From NCBI RefSeq assembly GCF_009914755.1, contig NC_060945.1: DNA of 64,000 nt. One strand, written 5' to 3'. Shown here in pieces: positions 1 to 13,500 of this stretch (the stretch's first letter is position 1; each line of letters opens with the position of its first letter). The translations under genes were made by a program, and so were the position numbers. The stretch is from the human T2T-CHM13v2.0 reference genome, Homo sapiens. The notes under the pieces are model-generated. The model was not told the origin of the DNA, made no database searches, and worked only from the letters and a program-made list of their open reading frames with translations.

Positions 1-1034
1 GCATGGAATGGAATTGAATAGAATGGAATGGAATGTAATGGAATGGAATGGAATGGAATCAACTCAAGTGCAATGGAATGGACTGGAATGCAATGCAATC
101 CACCCGAGTGGAATGGAATTGAGTGGAATGAAATGGAATAGATTGGAATGGAATGGAGTGGAATGGAACGGAATGGAGTGGAATGGAATAAACACCGGGG
201 GAATGAAATGGATTGGAATGAAATGGAATGGAATGGAATGGAATGTAATGGAATGGAATGGAATGAAATCAACCCGAGTGGAATGGAACGGAATGCAATG
301 GAATGGAAAGGAATGAATGGAATGGAATGGTGTGGAATCAACACGAGAGGAATGGAATGGAATGGAATGGAACGGAACGGAATGGAAAGGAATGGAATGG
401 AATGAACCGGAATGGAATGGAATGGATTGGAATGGAATGGAATGGAATCAACCCGAGCGGAAAGGAATAGAATGGATTGGAGTGGAATGGAATGGAATGG
501 AATGGAATGGAATGGAATGGAATCAACACAAACGGAATGGAATGGAATGGAATGGGATGGGATGGAATGGAATGGAATGGAATGGAAGTTAATCAACACG
601 AATGGAATGTATCTGAATGGAATGGAATGGAATGAACACGAATGGAATGGAATGAATCCGAATGGAATGGAATGGATTGGAATGGAATGGAATGGAATCA
701 ACCCGAGCGGAAAGGAATGAAATGGAATGCAGTGGAATGGAATGTAATATAATGGAATGGAATGGAATCAACAGGAATGGAATGGAACGGAATGGAATGG
801 GATGGGATGGAATGGAGTGGAATGGAAGTTAATCAACACGAATGGAATGGAACGGAATGGAATGGAATGGAATGGAATGGAATGAACCCGAATGGAATGG
901 AATGGATTGGAATGGAATGGAATGGAATCAACCCGAGCGGAAAGGAATGGAATGGAATGGAGTGGAATGTAATGGAATGTAATGGAATGGAATGGAATGG
1001 AAAGGAGTGAAATCAACACGAATGGAATGGAACG
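1..1034 (+). repeat. Human Satellite 3 (HSat3)-type (GGAAT)n/(CATTC)n array, end of array
   Basis: Continuous GGAAT pentamers with variants (GGAAC, GGATT, GTAAT, GGAGT) and interruptions such as AATCAACCCGAGTGG (~267), AATCAACCCGAGCGG (~446, ~696, ~926) and AATCAACACGAATGG (~591, ~831, ~1011). This CAACCCGAG-interrupted pattern is characteristic of HSat3, unlike the CATTCGATTC pattern of HSat2. Confidence 0.95.
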
Positions 1035-2370
1035 GTATTATATACTGTAAATAAAATATCAAAGTACACCAAATATATATTCTATACTGTACATAAAATA
1101 CCAAAGTCCGCCAAATATATATTCTATACTGAACATAAAATATCAAACTACCCAAACATATATTGTATACTGTACATAACATATCAAAGTACCAAATTAT
1201 ATATTTTATACTCTATATAAAATATCAAAGTACCCAAACTATACATTATATATATTACATAAAATAAGAACTTGCATCAAATATATATTATATTAGATAC
1301 ATAAAATATGAAATTACATCAAATATATATTATATACTGTACATAAAATATCAAAGAACCCCAAATATAAATTGTATACTGTACATGAAATATCAAAGTT
1401 CACAAACTATATATTATATACTGTACAAAAAATATGAAAGTACCCAAAGTAGATATTCTATACTGTACAAAAAATACCAAAGTACCCAAAGCATGTATTA
1501 TATACTGTACATAAAATATGAAAGTTCATAAAATATATATTTTATTCTCTACATAAAATATCAAAGTACACCAAATATATACTCTATACTTTACATAAAA
1601 TTTCAAAGTACACAAACATTTATTGTGAACTGTAAATAAAATATCAAAGTAACCAAACTATATATTTTATATTGTACATAAAAAATCAAAGTACCCAAAC
1701 TATAGATTTTATACTGTACATAAAATATCAAAGTACACCAAATATATACTCTATACTGTTCATACAATATCAAAGCACCCAAACAAGTATTATATACTGT
1801 ACATAATATATCAAAGTACACCAAATATATAATCTATACTGTACATAAAATAACAAAGTACATCAAATACATATTCTATACTGTACATAAAATATCAAAA
1901 TACCCAAACATATATTGTATACTGTACATAATATATCAAAGCACCAAAATTATATATTTTACACTATACATAAAATATCAAAGTACCCAAACTATACATT
2001 ATATACTGTACATAAAATATGAACTTACATCAAATATATATTATATTAGGTACATAAAACATGAAAGTACATCCAATATAGATTATATACTGTACATAAA
2101 ATATCAAAGTAACCCAAATATATATTATATACTGTACAAGAAATTTCAAAGTACACAAACTATATATTATATACTGTAGATAATATATCAAACTACCCAA
2201 AGTATATATTCTACACTGTACAGAAAATATCAAAGTACCGAAAGCATGTATTATATACTGTACATAAAATATGAAAATACATAAAATATATATTTTATTC
2301 TCTACATAAAATATTAAAGTGCAGCAAATATATATTCTATACTCTACATAAAATATCAAAGTACCCAAAG
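1035..2370 (+). repeat. Diverged edge layer of HSat1A with ~752-bp (about 18-monomer) period
   Basis: 1035-~1610 is repeated at 1787-~2365. Shared rare motifs: CCCAAACATATATTGTATAC at 1151/1903, GAACTT at ~1268/~2021, CATAAAATATATATTTTATTCTCTAC at ~1527/~2280. Monomer order does not follow the 9-mer. Confidence 0.75.
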
Positions 2371-5300
2371 CATGTATTATATACTGTACATAAAATATGA
2401 AAGTACATCAAATATATATTTTATTCTGTACATAAAATATCAAAGTACACCAGATATACATTTTATAGTGTACATAAAATATCAAAGTACCCAAACTATA
2501 CATTGTATACTGTACATAAAATAAGAAATTACATCAAATATATATCATATTAGGTACATAAAATATGAAAGTACATCAAATATAGATTATATACTGTACA
2601 TAAAATATAAAGGAACCCCAAATATATATTATATACTGTACATGAAATATCAAACTTCACAAACTATATATTATATACTGTACATAAAATATCAAAGTAC
2701 CCAAGGTATATATTCTATACTGTACAAAAAATATCAAAGAACCCAAAGCATGTATTATATACTGTACATAAAATATGAAAGTACATCAAATATATATTTT
2801 ATTCTGTACATAAAATATCAAAGTACACCAGATATATATTTTATCGTGTACATAAAATATCAAAGTACCCAAACTATACATTATATACTGTACATAAAAT
2901 ATGAAATTACAGCAAATATATATTATATTAGGTACGTAAAATATGTAGGTACATCAATATAGATTATATACTGTACATAAAATATCAAAGTAGCCCAAAT
3001 ATATATTATATACTGTACATGAAATATCAAAGTTCACAAACTATATATTATATACTGTAGATAAAATATCAAAGTACCCAAGGTATATATTCTATACTAT
3101 ACAAAAAATACCAAAGTACCCAAAGCATGTATTTTATACTGTACATAAAATATGAAAGGACATCAAATATATATTTTATTCTGTACATAAAATACAAAAG
3201 TACACCAGATATGTATTTTATCGTGTACATATAATATCAAAGTACCCAAACTATACATTATATACTGTACATAAAATATGAAATTACATCAAATATATAT
3301 TATATTAGTTACCTAAAATATGAAAGTACATCAAATATAGATTATTAACTGTACATAAAATATAAAAGAACCCCAAATATATATTATATACTGTACATGA
3401 AATATCAAACTTCACAAACTATATATTATATACTGTACATAAAATATCAAAGTACCCAACGTATATATTCTATAGTGTACAAAAAATATCAAAGTACCCA
3501 AAGCATGTATTACATACTGAACATAAAATATGAAAGTACATCAAATATATATATTATTCTGTACATAAAATATCAAAGTACACCAGATACATATTTTATA
3601 GTGTACATAAAATATCAAAGTACCCAAAGTATACATTATATACTGTACATAAAATATGAAATTACATCAAATATATATTATATTAGGTACATAAAATATG
3701 AAAGTACATCAAATATAGATTATTTACTGTACATAAAATATCAAAGAACCCCAAATATATATTATCTACTGTACATGAAATATCAAAATACACAAACTAT
3801 ATATTATATACTGTACATAAAATATCAAAGTACCCAAGGTATGTATTCTATACTGTACGAAAAATATCAAAGTACCCAAAGCATGTATTATATACTGTAC
3901 ATAAAATATGAAAGTACATCAAATATAGATTATATACTGTACATAAAATATAAAACAACCCCAAATATATATTATATACTGTACATGAAATATCAAAGTT
4001 CACAAACTATATATTATATACTGTAGATAAAATATCAAAATACCCACAGTATATGTTCTATACTGTACAAAAAATATCAAAGTACCCAAAGCAGGTATTA
4101 TATACTGTACATAAAATATGAAAGTACATCAAATATATATTTTATTCTGTACATAAAATATCAAAGTACACCAGATATATATTTACATCAAATAGATATT
4201 TTATTCTGTACATAAAATATCAAAGTACACCAGATATATATTTTATCGTCTACATAAAATATCAAAGTACCCAAAGTATACATTATATACTGTACATAAA
4301 ATATGAAATTACATCAAATATATATTATATTAGGTACATAAAATATGAAATTACATCAAATATAGATTATTAACTGTACATAAAATATCAAAGAACCCCA
4401 AATATATATTATATACTGTACATGAAATATCAAACTTCACATACTATATATTATATACTGTACATAAAATATCAAAGTACCCAAGGTATATATTCTATAC
4501 TGTATGAAATATATCAAAGTACCCAAAGCATGTATTATATACTGTACATAAAATATGAATGTACATCAAATATAAATTTTATTCTGTACATAAAATATCA
4601 AAGTACACCAGATATACATTTTATAGTGTACATAAAATATCAAAGTACCCAAACTATACATTGTATACTGTACATAAAATATGAAATTACATCAAATATA
4701 TATCATATTAGGTACATAAAATATGAAAGTACATCAAATATAGATTATATACTGTACATAAAATATAAAGGAACCCCAAATATATATTATATACTGTACA
4801 TGAAATATCAAACTTCACAAACTATATATTATATACTGTACATAAAATATCAAAGTACCCAAGGTATATATTCTATACTGTACAAAAAATATCAAAGTAC
4901 CCAAAGCATGTATTATATACTGTACATAAAATATGAGAGTACATCAAGTATATATTTTATTCTTTACATAAAATATCAAAGTACACCAGATATATATTTT
5001 ATCGTGTACATAAAATATCAAAGTACCCAAATTATACATTATATACTGTACATAAAATATGAAATTACCTCAAATATATATTATATTAAGTACATAAAAT
5101 ATGAAAGTACCTCAAATATAGATTATATACCGTACATAAAATATCAAAGAACCCCAAATATATATTATATACTGTACATGAAATATCAAAGTTCACAAAC
5201 TATATATTATATACTGCACATAAAATATCAAAGTACCCAAGGTATATATTCTATACTGTACAAAATATATCAAAGTACCCAAAGCATGTATTATATACTG

Positions 5301-7300
5301 TACATAAAAGATGAAAGTACATCAAGTATATATTTTATTCTTTACATAAAATATCAAAGTACACCAGATATATATTTTATCATGTACATAAAATATCAAA
5401 GTACGCAAACTATACATTATATACTGTACATAAAATATGAAATTACCTCAAATATATATTATCTTAAGTACAAAAAATATTAAAGTACATCAAATATAGA
5501 TTATATACCGTACATAAAATATCAAAGTACCCCAAATGTATATTATATACTGTACATGAAATATCAAAGTTCACAAACTATATTATATACTGTACATAAA
5601 ATATCAAAGTACCCAAGGTATATATTCTATACTGTACAAAAAATATCAAAGTACCCAAAGCATGTATTATATACTGTACATGAAAGATGAAAGTACATCA
5701 AATATATATTTTATTCTGTACATAAAATATCATAGTACACCAGATATATATTTTATCGTGTACATAAAATATCAAAATACCCAAACTATACATTATATAC
5801 TGTACATAAAATATGAAATTACATCAAATATATATTATATTAGGTACATAAAATTTGAAAGTACATCAAATATAGATTATATACTGTACATATTATATCA
5901 AAGTATCCCAAATATATATTATATACTGTACATGAAATATGAAAGTTCACAAACTATATACTATATACTGTACATAAAATATCAAAGTACCCAAGGTACA
6001 TATTCTATACCGTACAAAAAATATCAAAGTACCCAAAGCATGTATTATATACTGTACATAAAATATGAAAGTACATCAAATATATATTTTATTCTGTACA
6101 TAAAATATCAAAGTACACCAGATATATATTTTATAGTGTACATAAAATATCAAAGTACCCAAAGTATACATTATATACTGTACATAAAATATGAAATTAC
6201 ATCAAATATATATTATATTAGGTACGTAAAATATGAAAGTACATCCAATATAGATTATATACTGTACATAAAATATCAAAGTACCCCAAATATATATTAT
6301 ATACTCTACATGAAATATCAAACTACAAAGACTATATATTATATACTGTACATAAAACATCAAAGTACCCAAGGTATATATTCTATACTGTACAAATATA
6401 TCAAAGTACCCAAAGCATGTATTATATACTGTACATAAAATATGAAAGTACATCAAATATATATTTTATTCTATACATAAAATATCAAAGTACACAAGAT
6501 ATATATTTTATCGTGTACATAAAAAATCAAAGTACAAAAACTATACATTATATACTGTACATTAAATATGAAATTACATCAAATATATATTAGGTACGTA
6601 AAATATGAAGGTACATCAAATATAGATTATATACTCTACATAAAATATCAAAGTAGCCCAAATATATATTATATAATGTACATGAAATATCAAACTTCAC
6701 AAACTATATATTATATACTGTACATAAAATATCAAAGTACCCAAAGTATATATTCTATACTGTACAAAAAATACCAAAGTACCCAAAGCATGTATTATAT
6801 ACTGTACATAAAATATGAAAGTACATCAAATATATATTTTATTCTGTACATAAAATATCAAAGTACACCAGATATATATTTTATAGTGTATATAAAATAT
6901 CAAAGTACCCAAAGTATACATTATATACTGTACATAAAATATGAAATTACATCAAATATATATTATATTAGTTACATAAAATATGAAAGTACATCAAATA
7001 TAGATTATATACTGTACATAAAATATCAAAGTAACCCAAATATATATTATATACTGTACATGAAATATCAAAGTTCACAATCTATATATTATATACTTTA
7101 AATAAAATATCAAAGTACCCAAGGTATATATTCTAGGCTGTACAAAAAATATCAAAGTACCCAAAGCATGTATTATATACTGTACATAAAATATGAAAGT
7201 ACATCAAATATATATTTTATTCTGTATATAAAATATCAAAGTACACCAGATATATATTTTATAGTGTACATAAAATATCAAAGTACCCAAACTATACATT
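2370..7300 (+). repeat. HSat1A variant layer 1 (monomer 5 = CCAGATATATATTTTAT(A/C)GTG)
   Basis: Nearly every unit here carries CCAGAT plus TTTTATAGTG or TTTTATCGTG (PDIYFIV in the ORF track). CAAACTTCAC and AAAGAACCCC variants are frequent. Confidence 0.8.
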
Positions 7301-7559
7301 ATATACTGTAGCTAAAATATGAAATTACATCAAATATATATTAGAATAGGTACATAAAATATGAAAGTACATCAAATATAGATTATATACTGTACATAAA
7401 ATATCAAAGTACCCCAAATATATATTTTATACTGTACATGAAATATCAAAGTTCACAAACTATATATTATATACTGCACATAAAATATCAAAGTACCCAA
7501 GGTATATATTCTGTACTGTACAAATAATATCAAAGTACCCAAATCATGTATTATATACT

Positions 7560-10500
7560 GTACATAAAATATGAAAGTACATGAAATATATTTTATTCTG
7601 TACAAATAATATCAAAGTACACCAAATATATATTCTAAACTGTACATAAAATATCAAAGTACCTAAACTATACATTATATACTGTACATAAAATATGAAA
7701 TTACATCAAATATATATTATATTAGGTACATAAAATATGAAAGTACATCAAATATAGATTATATATTGTACATAAAATATCAAAGTACCCCAAATATATA
7801 TTATATACTCTACATGAAATATCAAAGTTCACAAACTATATATTATATACTGTACATAAAATATCAAAGTACTCAAGGTATATATTCTACACTGTACAAA
7901 AAATATCAAAGTACACAAAGCATGTATTATATACTGTACATAAAATATGAAAGTACATGAAATATATATTTTATTCTGTACAAAAAATATCAAAGTACAC
8001 CAAATATATATTCTATACTGTACATAAAATATCAAAGTACCCAAACAATACATTATATACTGTATATAAAATATGAAATTACATCAAATATATATTATAT
8101 TAGGTACATAAAATATGAAAGTACATCAAATATAGATTATATACTGTACATAAAATATCAAATTACACCAAATATATATTATATACTGTACATGAAATAT
8201 CAAAGTTCACAAACTATATATTATATACTGTACATAAAATATGAATGTACCCAAGGTATATATTCTATACTGTAAAAAAAATATGAAAGTACCCAAACCA
8301 TGTATTATATACTGTACATAAAATATGAAAGTACATAAAATGTATATTTTAATCTGTAGAAAAAATATAAAAGTACACCAAATATATATTCTATAGTGTA
8401 CAAAAAATTAAAAAGTACCCAAACTATACATTATATACTGTACATAAAATATGAAATTACGTCAAAAATATATTAGGTACGTAAAATATGAAAGTACATC
8501 AAATATAAATTATATACCGTACATAAAATATCAAAGTACACCAAATATATATTATAAAGTATACATGAAATATCAAAGTTCACAAACTATGTATTATAAA
8601 CTGTACATAAAATATCAAAATACCCAAGGTATATATTCTATACTGTATAAAAAATATCAAAGTACCCAAAGTATGTATTATATACTGTACATAAAATATG
8701 AAAGTACATCAAATATATATTTTATTCTATACAAAAAATATCAAAGTACAGCAAATATATATTCTATACTGTACATAAAATATCAAAGTACCCAAAGCAT
8801 GTATTATATACTGTACATAAAATATGAAAGTACATGAAATATATATATTATTCTGTACATAAAATATCAAAGTACACGAAATATATATTCTATAGTGTAC
8901 ATAAAATATCAAAGTACCCAAACTATACTTTATGTACAGTACATAAAATATCAAATTACATCAAAAATATATTATATTAGGTACAAAAAATATGAAAGTA
9001 CATCATATATAGATTATATACTGTACATAAAATATCAAAGTACCCCAAATATATATTATATACTCTACATGAAATATCAAAGTTCACAAACTATATATTT
9101 TATACTGTACATAAAATATCAATGTACCCAAGGTATATATTCTATACGGTACAAAAAATATCAAAGTACCCAAAGCATGTATTATATACTGTACATAAAA
9201 TATGAAAGTACATCAAATATATATTTTATTCTGTACATAAAATATCAAAGTACACCAAATATATATTCTATAGTGTACATAAAATATCAAAGTACCCAAA
9301 CTATACATTATATACTGTACATAAAATATGAAATTACATCAAAAAAATATTAGGTACGTAAAATATGAAAGTACATCAAATATAGATTATATACCTTACA
9401 TAAAATATCAAAGTACCCCAAATATATATTATATACTGTACATGAAATATCAAAGTTCAGAAACTATATATTATATACTGTACATAAAATATCAAAGTAC
9501 CCAAGTACATCAAATGTAGATTGTATACCGTACATAAAATATCAAAGTACCCTAAATATATATTATATACTGTACATGAAATATCAAAGTTCACAAACTA
9601 TATATTATATACTGTACATAAAATATCAATGTACCAAGGTATATATTCTATACTGTACAAAAAATATCAAAGTACCCAAAGCATGTGTTATATACTGTAC
9701 ATAAAATATGAAAGTACATCAAATATATATTTTATTCTGTACAAAAAATATCAAAGTACACCAAATATATATTCTATAGTGTACATAAAATATCGAAGTA
9801 CCCATACTATACATTATATACTGTACATAAAATATGAAATTACATCAAATATATATTATATTAGGTACATAAAATATGAAAGTACATTAAATATAGATTA
9901 TATACTGTACATAAAATACCAAAGTACCCCAAATATATATTTTATACTGTACATGAAATATCAAAGTTCACAACTATATATTATATACTGTACATAAAAT
10001 ATCAAAGTACCCAAGGTATATATTCTATACTGTACAAAAAATATCAAAGTACCCAAAGCATGTATTATATACTGTTCATAAGATACGAAAGTACATCAAA
10101 TATATATTTTATTCTGTACATAATATATCAAAGTACATGAAATATATATTCCATAGTGTACATAAAATATCAAAGTACCCAAACTATACATTATATACTG
10201 TACATAAAATATGAAATTACATCAAATATATATTATATTAGGTACATAAAATATGAAAGTACATCAAATATAGATTATATACTGTACATAAAATACCAAA
10301 GTACCCCAAATATATATTTTATACTGTACATGAAATATCAAACTTCACAAACTATATATTATATACTCTACATAAAATATCAATGTACCCAAGGTATATA
10401 TTGTATACTGTACAAAAAATATCAAAGTACCCAAAGCATGTATTATATACTGTACATAAAATATGAAAGTACATCAAATATATATTTTATTCTGTACATA

Positions 10501-13500
10501 AAATATCAAAGTACACGAAATATATATTCTATACTGTACATAAAATATCAAAGTACCCAAACTATACATTATATACTGTACATAAAATATGAAATTACAT
10601 CAAACATATATTATATTAGGTACATAAAATATGAAAGTACATAAAATATGAAAATACATCAAATATAGATTATATACTGTACATAAAATACCAAAGTACC
10701 CCAAATATATTTTATACTGTACATGAAATAACAAAGTTCACAAACTATATATTATATACTGTATATAAAATATCAAAGTAACCAAGGTATATATTCTATA
10801 CTGTACAAAAAATATCAAAGTACCCAAAGCATGTATTATATACTGCACAAAAAATATGAAAGTACATCAAATATATATTTTATTCTGTACATAAAATATC
10901 AAAGTACACCAAATATATATTGTATATTGTACATAAAATATCAAAGTATCCAAACTATACTTTATATACTGTACATAAAATATGGAATTACATCAAATAT
11001 ATATTATATTAGGTACATAAAATATGAAAGTACATCAAATATAGATTATATACTCTACATAAAATATCAAGGTACCCAAATATATATTATATACTGTACA
11101 TGAAATATCAAAGTTCACAAACTATATATTATATACTGTACATAAAATATCAATGTACCCAAGTATATATTCTATACTGTACAAAAAATATCAAAGTACC
11201 CAAAGCATGTATTATATACTGTACATAAAATATGAAAGTACATCAAATATATATTTTATTCTGTACATAAAATATCAAAGTACACGAAATATATATTCTA
11301 TAGTTTACATACAATATCAAAGTACCCAAAATATACATTATATACTGTACATAAAATATGAAATTACATCATATATATATTATATTAGGTACATGAAATA
11401 TGAAGGTACATCAAATATAGGTTATATACTGTACACAAAATATCAAAGTACCCCAAATATATATTATATGCTTTACATGAAATATCAAAGTTCACTAACT
11501 ATATATTATATACGGTACATAAAATATCAATGTACCCAAGGTATATATTCTATACTGTACAAAAAATATCAAAGTACCCAAAGCATGTATTATATACTGT
11601 ACATAAAATATGAAATTACATCAAATGTATATTTTATTCTGTAAATAAAATATCAAACTATACCAAATATATATTCTATAGTGTACATAAAATATCAAAG
11701 TACGCAAACTATACATTATATACTGTACATAATATATGAAATTACATCAAATACATTTATATTAGGTACATAAAATATGAAAGTACATCGAATATAGATT
11801 ATATACCGTACATAAAATATCAAAGTACCCCAAATATATATTATATACTGTACATGAAATATCAAAGTTCATAAACTATATATTACGTACTGTACATAAA
11901 ATAACAAAGTACCCATGGTATATATTCTATACTTTACAAAAAATATCAAATTACCCAAAGCATGTATTATATACTGTACATAAAATATGAAAGTGCATCA
12001 AATATATATTTTATTCTGTACATAAAATATCAAAGTACCCTTACTATACATTATATACTGTACATAAAATATGAAATTACATCAAATATATATTATATTA
12101 GGTACATAAAATATGAAAGTACATCCAATATAGATTATATACTGTACATAAAATATCAAAGTACCCCAAATATATATTATATACTGTACATGAAATATCA
12201 AATTTCACAAACTACGTATTATATACTGTACATAAAATATCAAAGTACCCAAGTACATCAAATATAGATTATATACCGTATATAAAATATCAAAGTACCC
12301 TAAATATATATTATATACTGTACATGAAATATCAAAGTTCACAAACTATATATTATATACTGTACATAAAATATCAAAATACCCAAGGTATATATTCTAT
12401 ACTGTACAAAAAATATCAAAGTACCCAAAGCATGTATTATATACTGTACATAAAATATGAAAGTACATCAAATATATATTTTATTCTGTACATAAAATAT
12501 CAAAGTACACCAAATATATATTCTATAGTGTACATAAAATATCAAAGTACCCAAACTATAGATTACATACTGTACATAGAATATGAAATTACATCAAAAA
12601 TATATTAGGTACATAAAATATGAAAGTACATCAAATATAGATTATATACTGTACATAAAATATCAAAGTACCCCAAATATATATTATATACACTACATGA
12701 GATACCAAAGTTCACAAACTATATATTATATACTGTACATAAAATATCAATGTACCAAGGTATATATTCTATACTGTACAAAAAATATCAAAGTACCCAA
12801 AGCATGTGTTATATACTGTACATAAAATATGAAAGTACATCAAATATATATTTTATTCTGTACATAAAATATCAAAGTACACCAAATATATATTCTATAG
12901 TGTACATAAAATATCAAAGTACCCAAACTATACATTATATACTGTACATAAAATATGAAATTATATCAAAAATATATTAGGTACGTAAAATATGAAAGTA
13001 CATCAAATACAGATTATATACCTTACATAAAATATCAAAGTACCCCAAATATATATTATATACTGTACATGAAATATCAAAGTTCACAAACTATATATTA
13101 TATACTGTACATAAAATAACAAAGTACCCAAGGTATATATTCTATACTGTAAAAAAATATCAAAGTACCCAAATCATGTATTATGTACTGTACATAAAAT
13201 ATGAAATTACATCAAATATATATTTTATTCTGCACATAAAATATCAAACTACAGCAAATATATATTCTATAGTGTACATAAAATATCAAAATACCCAAAC
13301 TATACATTATATACTGTACAAAATATATGAAATTACATCAAATATATATTATATTAGGTACATAAAAGATCAAAGTACATCAAATATAGATTATATACTG
13401 TACATAAAATATCAAAGTACCCCAAATATATATTACATACTGTACATGAAATATCAAAGTTCACAAACTATATATTATATACTGTACATAAAATATCAAT

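Noticed and set aside
8-1019. MEWNG/IPFHS-repeat ORFs
   Set aside because: These are standard translation products of (GGAAT)n and its complement, overlapping in several frames. Not genes.
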